From contig JAQFVV010000003.1 of NCBI GenBank assembly GCA_028023455.1, positions 22,072,001-22,136,000 on the forward strand: a DNA stretch of 64,000 nucleotides, given 5' to 3'. The position numbers were made by a program, and so were the translations under genes. The DNA is from Epiperipatus broadwayi (Eukaryota; Animalia; Onychophora). A model generated the notes under the pieces. That model made no database searches, was not told where the DNA came from, and saw only the letters and a list, made by a program, of their open reading frames with translations. Below are positions 27,491 to 40,541 of this stretch, piece after piece. The first letter of the stretch is position 1. The number at the start of each line of letters is the position of its first letter.

Positions 27491-29325
27491 GTCCTGCAGC
27501 CATAATAATCTTATATTTTTTTCTACGCTAAATTAACTATTTATTTATTAAAAGATTTTTTAAAGACTCTTTTACTCACAAAATCCATAATATTTCAGCA
27601 ACTTGTCTGGAATGATAAAGAAATGGTATTGATAATAATGTTAATATTAGTCAATTCAATTTTATTTGCATTCTTTTATTATTCTCAATTACTCATGCAG
27701 TCAAACAAATTATTTAGAAAAGAACTAATTCTTATATTGCTCATTTCAGTGAAATTCCACATCATTAAGATAGGGGCTCAATCATTAAATGCTGACTTCA
27801 AGCATTGTATGACAATTTTGATAATAAAGAAAGAAAACCTCTAAAATACTGAATATAATTATTATAAAATAAGCTAATGATTAAACTTGATATCCATCTC
27901 TGTATCAAAACTAATAGCAGTACTGTAATTGGTAAAATATATATATATATACCTTGAAACCTGATTATTGTAACCCTTAAAATTAATCCATATAAAAACC
28001 TATGCAACATGATTGCACCTGTAACCCTTACAATCAATGTTATATAATGCTACATAACCCAAATGATTAATAAAGATTATTGTTGAAACATAATTATTAT
28101 AAAATAATCCTTTTTTTTTTTCAGACTTTTTTTTTTTGTTTGTTTTTTTCATAAATTTTATTTATAAATAATATATACAAATAATCTAATTTTTCCAAAA
28201 TATTTTTAGATTTATTGTTAATAAATTTCTTTAAAATTTCTTTTACGTTTAAAATTTTACTAATGAATAAAATAGTCTTATTGATACAAAATATTCAATT
28301 AAAGTTTAAAATCAAAACAAAAACTGCTTCAATCAATCAATCAGTCTTTTTTTTTTGCATGTAATGTTTTAATTAGCTTAATTCCCCAGTTTTGTAACAT
28401 TAATACTACAACCAGTATGTGATAATGTTCCTATGAAAAATATTATTTGTATATTTCCAAATTTGATTTTTTATTATAAACATTATTTATAATATGTATT
28501 ATTTAATTGTTACTAATTTTCTTCTTTTCTGAGCCAACATAATATCTCTTAAAATGAAAATATTCGCAGAAAAGGTAGTTTTTTTAATATTAGCTTCATT
28601 ACTACCTCGCATGCTTCCAGTATATTTTTACCATATCATATTCATGGCATATAGTAGTGTGATTAAATGATTCTTTACATCAATATTAATTAATTGTTCT
28701 CATAATATGTGAATAGTTAATTAACATGGATATAAAAACCCATTTATTCACGACACTATATGCTATGAATATGATATAATAAAAATATATTAAAAACATG
28801 CTAGGCAATAATAAAGCTAAATATTAAAAAATACCTTTTCAGTGAATATTTTTATTTGACCAGATATGTATTATTATATCTGAATAAAAAAATTTAAAAA
28901 AATATAACCTTAAAATCACAAAAAAAAAAAAAAGAATAAAATTATTTTTATTTAGAATAGCTTCTAACTACAATCAGTTGATTCTTTTCTTTTAGGAAAA
29001 AAAACAATTTATTTTTATAATATATTTGATTTTTATTATTGTAAACATTATTTACAATAAGTATTATAAAATTTATATAAAAAATAAAAATAACTTTCAA
29101 TCACAAATACTGGAGAAATTACTTCCGTTTACACCATTCTCAACTGCGATGTTTTTATGGCTTTCTTTTTTTTTATCTATTTTTATAATAAATACAGTTG
29201 ATTTTTATTATTGTAAGCATTATTTACAATAAATATTATAATATTTGATTTAAAAAAGTAAAAAAAAAAAAAAAGGATCCATAGATCACATAAAAATGAA
29301 AAAATAAAATTACTTATGTTTAGAC

Positions 29326-29949
29326 CAGCTGTCGGCAACCAGTGGTCCTTGACATAATTTTAATGGTCCACAAAGAAATTCAGATATTATTTAAATTCGC
29401 TTGTTTAAGCTTTATTATTACATGTAAAATAAAACAAGAACATTATAGTGCTAATTGACTTGTTACAAAATATTATTGTGACTTGCAAAACATCTGCCTC
29501 AAAGACATTTAATTAACCTCTACTCGGTCAGCGGCATAGAAAAAGTAACAAAATAAGAATACTGAATTCTGTACAATTGTCTAGCATCAAATTTGACTAG
29601 AAGCTCCTTTACGTATTGTAGTGACATCATTGGAGCCAAGGATTAGTAAAATAATTTTAAACAAAGAACAGCCAAATGTCTCACTAATTTGTAATACATA
29701 TTACTATTATTTATTATTATTTTTATGTTAAAATTAAAAGTATTAATATATAAATAAATATATATATATATATCATACTCAATGCTCTTTTTAATTCGTA
29801 CTTTTAAAAATTATGTCAGTGGTTCGCAATATCTAAAAGGTTGCCAACTGCTCATCCACAGTATCTAAAAGGCTGCTGACCGCTGATCTGCAGTATTTAA
29901 AAGATTGCTGACCGCTCGTCTGCAGTATTTAAAAGGTTGCAAATCACTG
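29326..29949 (+). mobile_element. Non-autonomous hAT (Buster/Charlie-like) element
   Basis: Ends CAGCTGTCGGCAACC ... GGTTGCAAATCACTG; 8-bp TSD gtttagac/gtttggac with central TA on the left copy. Internal transposase C-terminal remnant LRIVVTSLEPRISKIILNKEQPNVSH*. Confidence 0.85.
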
Positions 29950-30215
29950 GTTTGGACTACAACTGATATGAGATACTGCTAAACCCCAAAAGATGACATA
30001 AAACTTTATACAAGAAAAACTCAAACCTAATTTGATTTTTGCAAAATATAGGTATATTTAGGAAAATACTGAGAGGACCATCTGTTCAATTTTAAAACTG
30101 ATTGTAATCATTGAGGGTTAAATTAAAATTTCAATTATTTTCTACCATGAAATCCACTAGTTTTATTATAAATTAAAGCTAATACTAACATTGTATATTA
30201 AATACAATCTTAATT

Positions 30216-30229
30216 GGGGGGGGGGGGGG
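30216..30229. repeat. Poly-G tract (G14)
   Basis: Direct reading. Confidence 0.85.
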
Positions 30230-30863
30230 CTTCCCTGATCATTATAATCAAAGTAATAACAAATAGAAATACAAAATTATGTATAAGTGTGCATGCTCCA
30301 AAATGCACTCAACTGAACACTAATAGATTTTCTGTTCATCACTGAATCTTTGTTATTAATGAGTCATGCCTTTCTAATTTTTACACTTCCTATCATTATG
30401 CTTACAAGAAAAAATGTAAAAATTAAAAAGGCAAAGTTCATTAATAACAGAGACTCAGAGATGAATAGAAAATCTAATAATATTCAGCTGAATGCATTTT
30501 AGAACATGCACAATGAAATGGATAATTTCATGTTTCCATTTGTTATCATTTTAAATATGTAAGTCACCTCTAATGAGAGATCAGTATCAAAAAAATATTA
30601 AGATTGTATTTAATATTTTCAATGTTATCTCTGAAAATATGATATTAGTATTGTTTTTAATTTACTATATTTCATTGAGTTATTCGAAATCAATAAGGTA
30701 AAAAAAAATTTTTTTAATTAAAATAAATAAAATAAAAACAAAATTGATAACAAAAAAACTGCACATTTCTAATCATTATAATTAACATTAATTTCAATTT
30801 TTTAAACATATGTAATTACTATAATACTAAAATCATATATATGCTCACACTTTTTGCAAATTA

Positions 30864-32158
30864 CACCCGGGTCTCATTTTATGCAGATTTATATAATGCG
30901 ATTCATGTTTCTTCTTAATATCTTTGTATGCGGTTTTCTTTTATGTGATAAAAATTATTAAATCAGAAGATGAGCTCCGATAATGTGCTATTACTTTAAA
31001 TATTATAAATTTCACACACTCACGTCATATTTAAAGTAATAGCGCATTATCGGAGTTCGACTTCCATCTAATAATTTCAATATTTTCAGCGCTTTATAAT
31101 AGTACTGTAATAGATTTTATCCAATAAAGAAGTTCATAATTCACTTAAAATCAGTATTTCCCATTTTATATACACACATTAAATTTTACAAGATTATAAT
31201 GTAAATCTGTTCAAACGTTATAGATGCCTATACTATGTATAGGTTGTTGTTTGTGCATTTTAAATCACCTTCTATTTTTGCTTTTTTAAAAAGGAGTACG
31301 TAATCAATTAATCATTTAGTATCCGCAAGTTTATTTTTAAAAGGTGAGTAACAGCGATGGGCACAATTAAATTTGACAATTAAAATCTGATTTTTAATTG
31401 TAATTAACAATTTAAAAATTACGTAACGTGATCTGAAACGATGAAATTTGATTTTTAAACGGAATTGAAAATTAAAAAATTAAAGACAAAAATAAGAATT
31501 TAATTTTTAATTGTTAGTTTTAATTAAATTTTTTATCCTACAGTGGTGAGTCGGTGTCTTTTTATTATTGTAAGTCTAAGTTCTTATTTTTATTTTAAAC
31601 TTTCAGTTTACCCTAATGGAGAGGAAAATACACCCAAGAAAATAAATTTCTTTGGAAACAAAAATTTCAATTTTAGATCTCTTAGCGATATGGGAAGGTT
31701 CAACAGTGATTGGAAAACGTTTTAGTTGTATTTCCTCTTGACTTCGTTTAAGGAGAAGCTATAGTACCTCACATCACATCACATCACATCACGACGAATC
31801 TGATGTCTCAAATAGCGATAATTATTAAAATACCGTACATGTATGAAAAAAATGTAAATTACACATAAAAATATATTGTTTTGAATAAAATTAAATACTG
31901 TAGTTAATAAAAAAAAGTTTGTCTTGTATCAATTTTTTTCAAATTTGAAATTTTTTATTAATCATATTTTATTTTCTTATTTTTTTTTTATGCGAATTTT
32001 AAAGTAATTTTACGTTGTTGCTTTGCTTTTATGTGATTTTTGGAAAATTACAGTACATATCCCCCATTTTTCAAGATAAGTCAAGTCTATTTTTGTGTGA
32101 TTTCTTTTGTGCGTGTTTTCTGGGGAATCTATCTACCGCATAAAATGAGACCCAGGTG
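30864..32158. mobile_element. Non-autonomous Tc1/mariner (pogo-like) element
   Basis: TIR CACC(C/T)GGGTCTCATTTTATGC at both ends, TA duplicated at 30862-30863 and 32159-32160, no intact transposase. Confidence 0.88.
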
Positions 32159-32369
32159 TATAAATATTAGTATATTTTCAATTATAAAATTTGAGTAGTA
32201 GTCAATGAAAAATTATAAATTTTTTGTTTTTATAATTTTTAAAATTCCTGTTATTTTTTCTAGTTCCTTGAAAAACAATGATTTGAGAATCTGTTGTATA
32301 ATAAAATAATTAATCTTTTATTAGAAAGACTAAAAACATAAATAGATAAAAGTGACTACAAAGTTATAC

Positions 32370-32456
32370 CGTTTCATTTGATCTATTCCCAGCACGTGTC
32401 AGGTTTACTTCAATCGTTGTATCACTGTAAGTACCATCACCAAACACAAGTTGCAT
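32370..32456 (-). CDS. Rsod: SOD-repeat protein exon (domain 6)
   Basis: tttgtag| acceptor and |gtataa donor; 87 nt, phase 0 to phase 0. Reads MQLVFGDGTYSDTTIEVNLTRAGNRSNET, bridging ...GYITM to THNH... in frame. Too short for the ORF track. Confidence 0.88.
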
Positions 32457-34261
32457 CTACAAAAATTCATTTTTATTAATTAAGTTTAATATTATATTAT
32501 AAAAAAAATATTGATTTCAATGCCGTTGAATATTAAAGAAATACAAATATAAAAAATATTAATACAAATATATATGTATAGTAAAAAGAGGGAAAAAAAA
32601 TTTGTGATAGATATTTTAACATATAGTTTCAAAACAAAGTTTGAATTGATTAAAAAAAATGTCTTTAATTTAAAATAACTTTGTGTAGCTAAATGATTTA
32701 GAATTAAATATCATATTATTCTTTTTGAATGATAATCTCTTCCCCTACTCTTTCTCTGTCTCTCTCCCCCTCCCTCCCTCTCTCATTATATATACACAGA
32801 TCAGATAAGGGTCTCTCTTAAAACAGTCTTAATTTACATATTATTGTATCCAATACTATGCAATACTTTTGAGCAATACTAACACTGTAAATATGAATAG
32901 TATTTCAGGGAAATGGCTTAATGAAAAAAAATACCCTTAACTGAAATTAATATGTGCTATTAGAAAAACCAGTAATGAATCACATAATTCAGTGATCTCT
33001 ACATAATAATGATTAAATTCAAAACTTGTCACAGACACGGTCTTATATGCTTGACAAATATAGAGTAAGATGATTTTAAACAAAAATTCTCCCATGAAAA
33101 ATTAATATTAAAAGAAGTTCCTACTTCTAAATGACTTATAAAAAATGATACATATTTTATCCTGCATAAATTTAGAATAGATACCTCATTTTTCATATTA
33201 TCTGATGTTTTACCATTTATTCTAATTTCACAAAAGCAGTCATGTACTATTTAATATTTTCCTTCCACTTCAAGTCTTCTTTCTTCATTCAGCTACTTAC
33301 AGTTGTTCATTAAACAGCAGCTTAGGTCTGCAACCTGCAATTCTTAACCACTTCTGCCTTCAATATCCAATTGCTTTTTTGTGATATGATAGACATAATT
33401 TATTTTAGGGTGTGATAATTGTAAACATAAAAAAGATGAGTATCCCACATTCACATCGCTACCCTCATAAAAAATAACACTAATTTCACATTTTAAAAAC
33501 TGTTATCCATCCCAAAAGATATTCATCTTAGACTCAGTAAACCATCAATGACCTTATGAATAATCTTCTTGTAATAGTGGCTGCAAATGGAAGAATTTAT
33601 GATGGAATTTGAAGAATTTGCTCAGCTCAGTTTCTTAAGTTCTCAGAGATAATCAAAAAACTTTTACAGTTAATAGAAAACTTTATGTATTTCATAAGTC
33701 GTGTATTAAGTTAGTGAAGTATGTTATTAAAAAAGAAACAAACTTTCTTCTAATCAAGTTAATATAAGCAAGATCTTGTTTAATTGAAACTCTTTTTATA
33801 ATGATAATACTGAGATGAATGTAATAAAGATAATATTAAAAAATAATAAAATAGTTAGTCATTATAGAAGTCATGCAATGTTTGGATATCGGCAGTAATC
33901 TTAGCTTTAGATATTGCTGTACATATGATTAGTCATTACAAGAACATGTGACCTTCAAGCTCAAGATGTGATCAAATGAGCTTTGGTTCAAGAATTTTTA
34001 GCTCAAGTCTGCCACTCCCGTCACTTTGCAATCAGTTAACAATAATTCAATAAATAAATAGCTCCTTTTTTCTTTCGGAACTGCTCTATTAATTCCAAAA
34101 TATAAAACTTATCATTTATATACTCTTTTTTTTGTTACAAATTTTGTTTATTCTATGAACTAAATTTCTCTATATTCATATGTCATCCTATAAATCTACC
34201 TATATTTCGCCCATATTCTATGTTCATTTTCAGGTCTGTTTTCAATTTATAAAAAATCGTG

Positions 34262-34530
34262 GAATTAAAGTGAAAGGCTGAGACCTCTCACATGCACTTT
34301 TAGAATGCTATATGACAGCCAATCAGATGTAATGATAACTGTATAGGGAGCTCTTAAGTCACAACAAAGGACAGAGATTTTATAAGAAAAAGGTGGTTCC
34401 ACCTTTCACTTTACTTAAATTTCTATATATATATAAGCCAGTCTGAAGCATTTTGACTTAAAGAGTGTGAAGCTTTAAACATCACATTTAACTCACTGCA
34501 TATTATTTATAAATCAACAATGCGAAATCT
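34262..34530. repeat. Dispersed ~270-bp repeat, copy 1
   Basis: Highly similar to 52600-52833 in inverted orientation. Contains GCCAATCAG and TATATAAG. Confidence 0.9.
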
Positions 34531-35014
34531 TTCAATTATTTTGCTTGGATAACAAGCTTTTGAATAATAGGTATTTACATTTACAATATTCCATCTATGT
34601 ATAGATGCGAATGTAAACAAATTTGGTTCATAGAATAACAAACAAGATTTGAAAACAAAATTAGTATGAAGATAATTTTTATAATGAAATTTTGAAATAA
34701 ATATATTATTAGAAAAAATCTACCACAAATTGAGTTTAAAATCAACATATAATAAAAATAAATAATCTCAATTACCAATGAAAATAATTAACCACCATAT
34801 ATACTAATAAGCAAACCAAAAAATAAATGCAAAAACTTCCTATGCACATCTTTAACTATCTAATTATATAAATATAAATTTTAATAACAAAAAATTATGT
34901 ATGCAAAACATTCTACATTTCCTTTTTATTTTGTTTTTTTCTGAATGCAAAAGTTTCTACAGAATTAAAAAGTATAAATCAAAGAATATTTTAAGATTAA
35001 GTATGTTTTTAATA

Positions 35015-35125
35015 TGTCTTGCATTGGTGGTCGAGAGGTCAGAGCGACTGCTTTGCACTTGCAGGCAGTTGCCCGGGTTGCGGGTTCGCGTCCCGGCCGA
35101 TGCTATGACACTTAAAAAAAAAAAA
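35015..35125 (+). mobile_element. tRNA-derived SINE (family 1) with poly(A) tail and TSD
   Basis: Cloverleaf-like head at 35021-35103 (A box TGGTCGAGAGG, B box GGTTCGCGTCC), then TATGACAC and an A-tail. Flanking TSD aagtatgtttt(t)taata at 34998-35014 and 35126-35141. Related copies at ~43004-43080 and ~44410-44490. Confidence 0.85.
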
Positions 35126-36086
35126 AAGTATGTTTTTAATACTCAATTCAAAAATTAAACTTCTCAATCTCTCATTTTTTCTATACAACTCAGCAATTAA
35201 ATACTATTATTATTATTATTAGATGTATTATGTCACAACCAATTCCTGGTAACGGTATGAATCGTTTTTATAAAATTTCCAATATAGTAACCAGAGGAAT
35301 TTATAACTGTTTTCTTCTGCACAGATATTATCTGTTATTGAAATGAATATGGTCAATTGTTGTCCATGTTTTCATATAACATTCCTATCTAAAATAGATA
35401 TTAATAGTAAGACATTAAAAAAATAAAAGAAAACAAAAAAAAAAAAATGAAAGAAACTTATTTTTACAATGAGCTAATAGAGAGCACTAAAATTCTACCA
35501 TTCACAATAGTTTATAATTATATATACATTTACATAAAATATACAAGGATGTTTATAATTAATGTGAGGACAGGAAATTTAAATATCAGAAAAAGAAAGC
35601 AAAATAGAAGGATTTATATGGAGTTGGAAAATAGTACTTAACATTTATTTTTGGAAGATAGGTTGTTGAAAAGGATTCAGAATAAATTCTGTAGAGAGTA
35701 AGATAAACATATAAAAGTAAAGGAAACAAGTGACATAGATAATACTTTTACTTAGATTTTTATGATAAAAAAAATATAAGAATATGATATTAGAATTATC
35801 AAAATAATTTATATTGAAATGGAATATGAGAAAATCAATATTCGGAGAATGATTTGATAATAAGGAATTTACGGCAGTATTTTGACTATTCAAAAAAAAG
35901 AATTATAGCATATATTCTATAGACAGAAACTTCTGATTTCAACTAAGGAGAATCCATTCAATATCACAACACATTGATATTTTAAGTAAAAAGAAACAAA
36001 GTTTTCTTATAAAAGATCATTAGAGGAAGTAAAGTGAAATTCAGAAAGATTTAAAAATAAAATAACAGGTGTAATCATACATGCTA

Positions 36087-37837
36087 GGTAATAGTATGAA
36101 TACTAAACCCTACTATTTGATGGCGCTATTTTTTGCCCAATGCACATCAATATACTGATTCACAAGCCGGCGGTTTCTTTACAGAATAGTATGGTACAAA
36201 AAATTTTTTTTTTCACTTTCTATATATAAAACTCTTATGTTTTTTTTTTTTTTTTGCGTTTTTAATAAACAAGCACTTTGTTTTTATATGGTGTTGGGGA
36301 GGGGGGGTTGCTTTTAAATTAGACTTTTTTTTTTTTTAGCTTTTTTTTTTTTTTTGATTTTGAATTATCGGTTTCTTTCCATAATACTACAGTAAAAAAA
36401 AAAATTTTTTACCCCTCTCTATACATAAAATTCGTATGTTTTTTTTTTTTTTTGCCTTTTTAATAAACAAACACCACTTTGTTTTTAGATGGTAGAGGAG
36501 GGTTGGTTTGCCTTTAAATTATCGCCTTTTTTTGGATTTTGAGCTTCTTTTTTAAAGCCTTAAACAATTCAGTTTTAATTAATAAACAAACAGTTGGTTT
36601 TAGAGGGTGGAGAGGGATTGGTTTGAATTTTAATGCTAGTCTTTTAGTATCTTTTGCCGATGTACTAGAAACTACGCATATTAATTTTAAACGTGTTCAA
36701 ATATAGAATACATATAAAGAGATTAACAAAATATACGAATTATTGGAGGGGATTGGTTTGCTTTTAAACTATCGCCTTTTTTCCTTATCGCCTTTTTATT
36801 GATTTTGAACTTTTTTTTTTTTTTTTTGTTAGAAAGCCTTATTAATCAATTCATTTTTAATAAACTAACAGTTGGTTTTTAGAGAGTAGAGGGGGTTTGG
36901 TTTGATTTTTAATTATTGTCTTTTATTTTCTTATTAGGAGGTGTTTTTTTTAAAAAAAAAATATTTACACTACCGAAACTTTTAGATGATAGCGAAAAGT
37001 TTTCCTTTATTTTTTGACTTTTTCAAAAAGCCTTAATTAAACAGTTCGTTTTTTAAAAAAAACATTTTTTTTAGGGGGGTGGAGAGTTATGGTTTGTTTG
37101 ACTCCAATAGATGAGTCTCAAAGCTGTAATGGAATTTTGGAGCCATCCAACTAACTTCCCTTATGCAGACCCCAGGTACGCTTGCAGAAGTGGCAATGGA
37201 ATTCCCCAGATCATGTAGTTGACTAAAACCATGCTCCTCCCGCAAACGCATAGCTTCGCATCTGGCAGGATGTTTGCTCTCTTTCTGGAAAAACACAATA
37301 GCGTCAACTTCTGTGGCCGGCAATTCACTCTCCTTCAACCAATTTTGAACACTTGCTACGCCGACATTTTACTGTTCTCACATGGATTCATGCGTAAACG
37401 TGTATTTGCGCGTGAACTAAGCAGAACTCTGCTAAAAACCCTAACCTTTTCAGGTTGTGTGCAGTTCAAAATCATAGGGAAGCGTGCGTGATGGTCTGAC
37501 AATTCTTAATATGTAATACTAAATCCACTATGCTTTCTCAAAATTTTTCCACAATGAATTTTTTGATAGTTTCGCATCCTTCAAATACAGCTGCTATCAA
37601 ATCAGATCGCAGCGGGAGTTGAATTGCGCTCACTTTAGGAATAGTGTTGCAAGTCAATGGGCGTAGTATTTCGTTATGTAATTGTAGGATACATCATCCT
37701 CTAGGTGGTCTGTTACAACTCTAAACAACACTGTTGTAGTGTTAGCCATAAGTTAGGCCGCTAAAACGGTATATTGATGTGCGTTGTGTGAAATACAACA
37801 CCATCAAGCAGTAGGGTTCAGTATTCATACTAATACC
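36087..37837 (-). mobile_element. Merlin (IS1016/IS1595-like) deletion derivative
   Basis: ~70-bp TIRs starting GGTA(A/T)TAG and an 8-bp TSD acatgcta/acaagcta. Minus-strand remnant FHCHFCKRTWGLHKGS*LDGSKIPL resembles the Merlin N-terminal Zn-ribbon region. About six internal GGAGAGGGATTGGTTTG-type repeats. Confidence 0.7.
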
Positions 37838-38449
37838 ACAAGCTATATTAAGTAATTTATTACAAGAAAATAATTAATACCGACAACAATATTATGTTTT
37901 TCTCATATGTTTGCACTTACACTTCCAAGAGCAATTCTCTTCATTATTCAAAATCTGCTGATGGACCATAAGCAAAAAAAATTTTAATGCCAAAAAAAAA
38001 TATTTCATCTTAAATAGAAAACTTAGCAAAAATTTATTTTTCGAGCTTTTGCTTTGACAAAGTTTTGGGTTTTTTTTTAATTTTATTCCCGAGACTAAAT
38101 TAATTAAATAAAATACTAAATACATTTATTTATAATATCACATAATACTTATTTAATATTGAATTAAACATTTGCTAGGATTAAAATTTAAAAAGATTGA
38201 ATGGTCCATCTTTTCTTTGTTTATGCATAAGAATATTTTGGCATCTTAGGTGATCATTTAAACTCAATTAAGAGGAAAATAGTCCTCCTGTAGAGTGAAA
38301 AGAATTGTTCTTAGAATAATAAAGTTATATGAACATTTATAAATACTATCAATTTAGATTAAAATGTAAATTCAATTAAATGAATGACTTAATACTAAAT
38401 TTAAAAAAAAAAACGTTTTTTTTTTTGAAAAAATATAATGTAATCTTAC

Positions 38450-40541
38450 CATTGTAATATAACCAGACACAAAGATTTCTTCGAAAACAGCTCGAGCATA
38501 TATAACTGATGCATTGATATAACTTTTTGTATCATATTCTACAGTGGCACAGATCCAACGCTCATTCTGTTCTTCTTTATGAATTAAAAATGATCTTCCA
38601 ATGATACTGTATGGTCCTTGAAGAGGCAAAATACTATCTTGGTAAGAAGCTTTAAATGAATTCATACCTGTCATTCGACCATATTTGCCACTCAAATCTC
38701 CCAATTCATAAAGATCATCAGATCCAACAGTTGGAGGTGGGCTTTCCTTAGGGTTAACTCCAAATGGATTATAATGATCTAAAACTCCTTCACGAGAACA
38801 AGGATTGTCCAAACTCAGGGGAACAGATAATTCATGAATATGGTAACCACCAGCTGTTTCATTTAAATTAGAAATATCTATAAATGACTGTGTAGGATCA
38901 AATAATGTACTCTGCTCAAAGCGACTTTGTCCTTTAATTTCAAAGTTAGTCCATTCTTTGACTATAGCTCGAATTGGATGAAACAGATTAATATCACCAC
39001 ATGCTAATCTCATATTTGATTGTTTGTAAATAACAAGAGATTTTCCAATAATTGACATAGGTCCAGATAAAGCTATTTCAGAATCAATAAAAAAATGTCT
39101 GGTATTATTTGCATTTTTTGAATATGATATATTAATTCTACCATGTTTTCCTGACAAATCTCCCAATGGACAATTATAGGAATTTAAAGGGTTACAATTC
39201 ATATTGTTTTGTATGTTATATGGATTATAAGACTCACCTACACTTACACAAGCATCTTTATATTTGTAAAAATCATTTCCAATTCTATGCATATGTATTT
39301 TGAATTCATGATCACTGGAAGAGGGGGAACCATCAGAATAACTTAAATATATAAATATAGAAGTTTCAAAATTAGGATCATCCTTTTCTTGTCTCAAATA
39401 AATATATCCTACAACTGGAGTATAAAAGATGACCCGAGCAGTTATTAATGGTTTGTTATTGATAATGTTTGTGCAGTATACAATATTTGATTTCAAAAAT
39501 AATGATCTTCCTATAATATTATTAAGTCCAAACAGAGGAAGATTATAATCTGTAAATGAGGATGAATAAACATTCCCAGAAAAAGATATATTCAGTCTTC
39601 CACTTAAGTGACCAATAGCATATTGATCTTCAGTTTTAAAATTGAGAGATGAATTAAGATTTCTATCAATATTAAATGGGTTCCAAATATATTCCATTTT
39701 AAATGAAGAACATGGCAAGTCTTCAGCCTTTAATCGAGATAAAATTGGAAATTGAAGAATGTAAACATTTTCTACAGCTCGTGTATCTGATGAAGCTGCC
39801 AAATTAATTTTAATAGAAGTTGGATCAAATGGTGACTTTTGTTCAAAAACAAAAGAACCTTTGAGATTTCTTTGGCTAAAAGTTGCTTTGGCACTTTTGG
39901 GACTAACATAACGAATTTCTCCACAAGATCGTTTCCCATCCTGTAAATCTATAACAACAAATAACGAGTATCCAATGCTGATACCTTCAAGAGGTAAATT
40001 AGTATCCATAAAAACCATTCTGCTAGAACTATGTGTTTTTCCAATAACAATATTACCATGTTTTCGATATAAATTGCCCATTTTACAGTTTTTATGATTA
40101 GTGCTTGTACACAAAGAATCGTCTATTTCATCAGGATCATATAATAAAACTAATTTTTTACAATCATCAAAGAGTAAATCACGCGTGTCATCCAGCTTTG
40201 TAGCAACTAAAATTCTCCAAGATAAAGTATTTAACTGAGTATTCCCATCTATATAAGAAAGATCTGTGTAAATATTAGCTTCAGCTGATCCTTCAACTTG
40301 CCGGAAAACTATATCACCTCTCACAGGTGACATAAATTTAGCAATAGCAGTTTTTATAGAAAATGGTGATGTTATAGTAGAACAAAATTTCAGATTTGTA
40401 TCAGTCTTCTGAAATAATATTGAGCGACCTAAAACACTAGTAACTCCTTTCAGTTTCAATTTGTCATCTGTAATATTTTTTACTTCCCCAGTAAAAGTTA
40501 GCTGACCCAACCTTGATGATAAATCGCCATTATTTTCATAT
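38450..40541 (-). CDS. Rsod: SOD-repeat protein, 2092-nt exon (second half of domain 1 to start of domain 6)
   Basis: Core of ORF 38372-40549, trimmed to gtttag| acceptor (phase 2) and ATG|gtaaga donor (phase 0). Repeated GDLSGK-x-G, S-I-I-G-R-S and YNP motifs, with GYHIH and DHYNP in domain 5. Confidence 0.95.

Noticed and set aside
32400-32435. Plus-strand E-box and GTAAGT donor as a promoter or exon
   Set aside because: Fully explained as the antisense of the 87-nt SOD exon.
35021-35103. Functional tRNA gene
   Set aside because: 13-nt anticodon loop, mismatches in the D and T stems, poly(A) tail and TSD instead of an oligo-T terminator; this is a retroposed copy.
37087-37491. ORFs 37087-37338 (-) and 37219-37491 (+) as host genes
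   Set aside because: Both lie within the TIR-bounded element. The recognisable transposase remnant is in a third, stop-interrupted frame.
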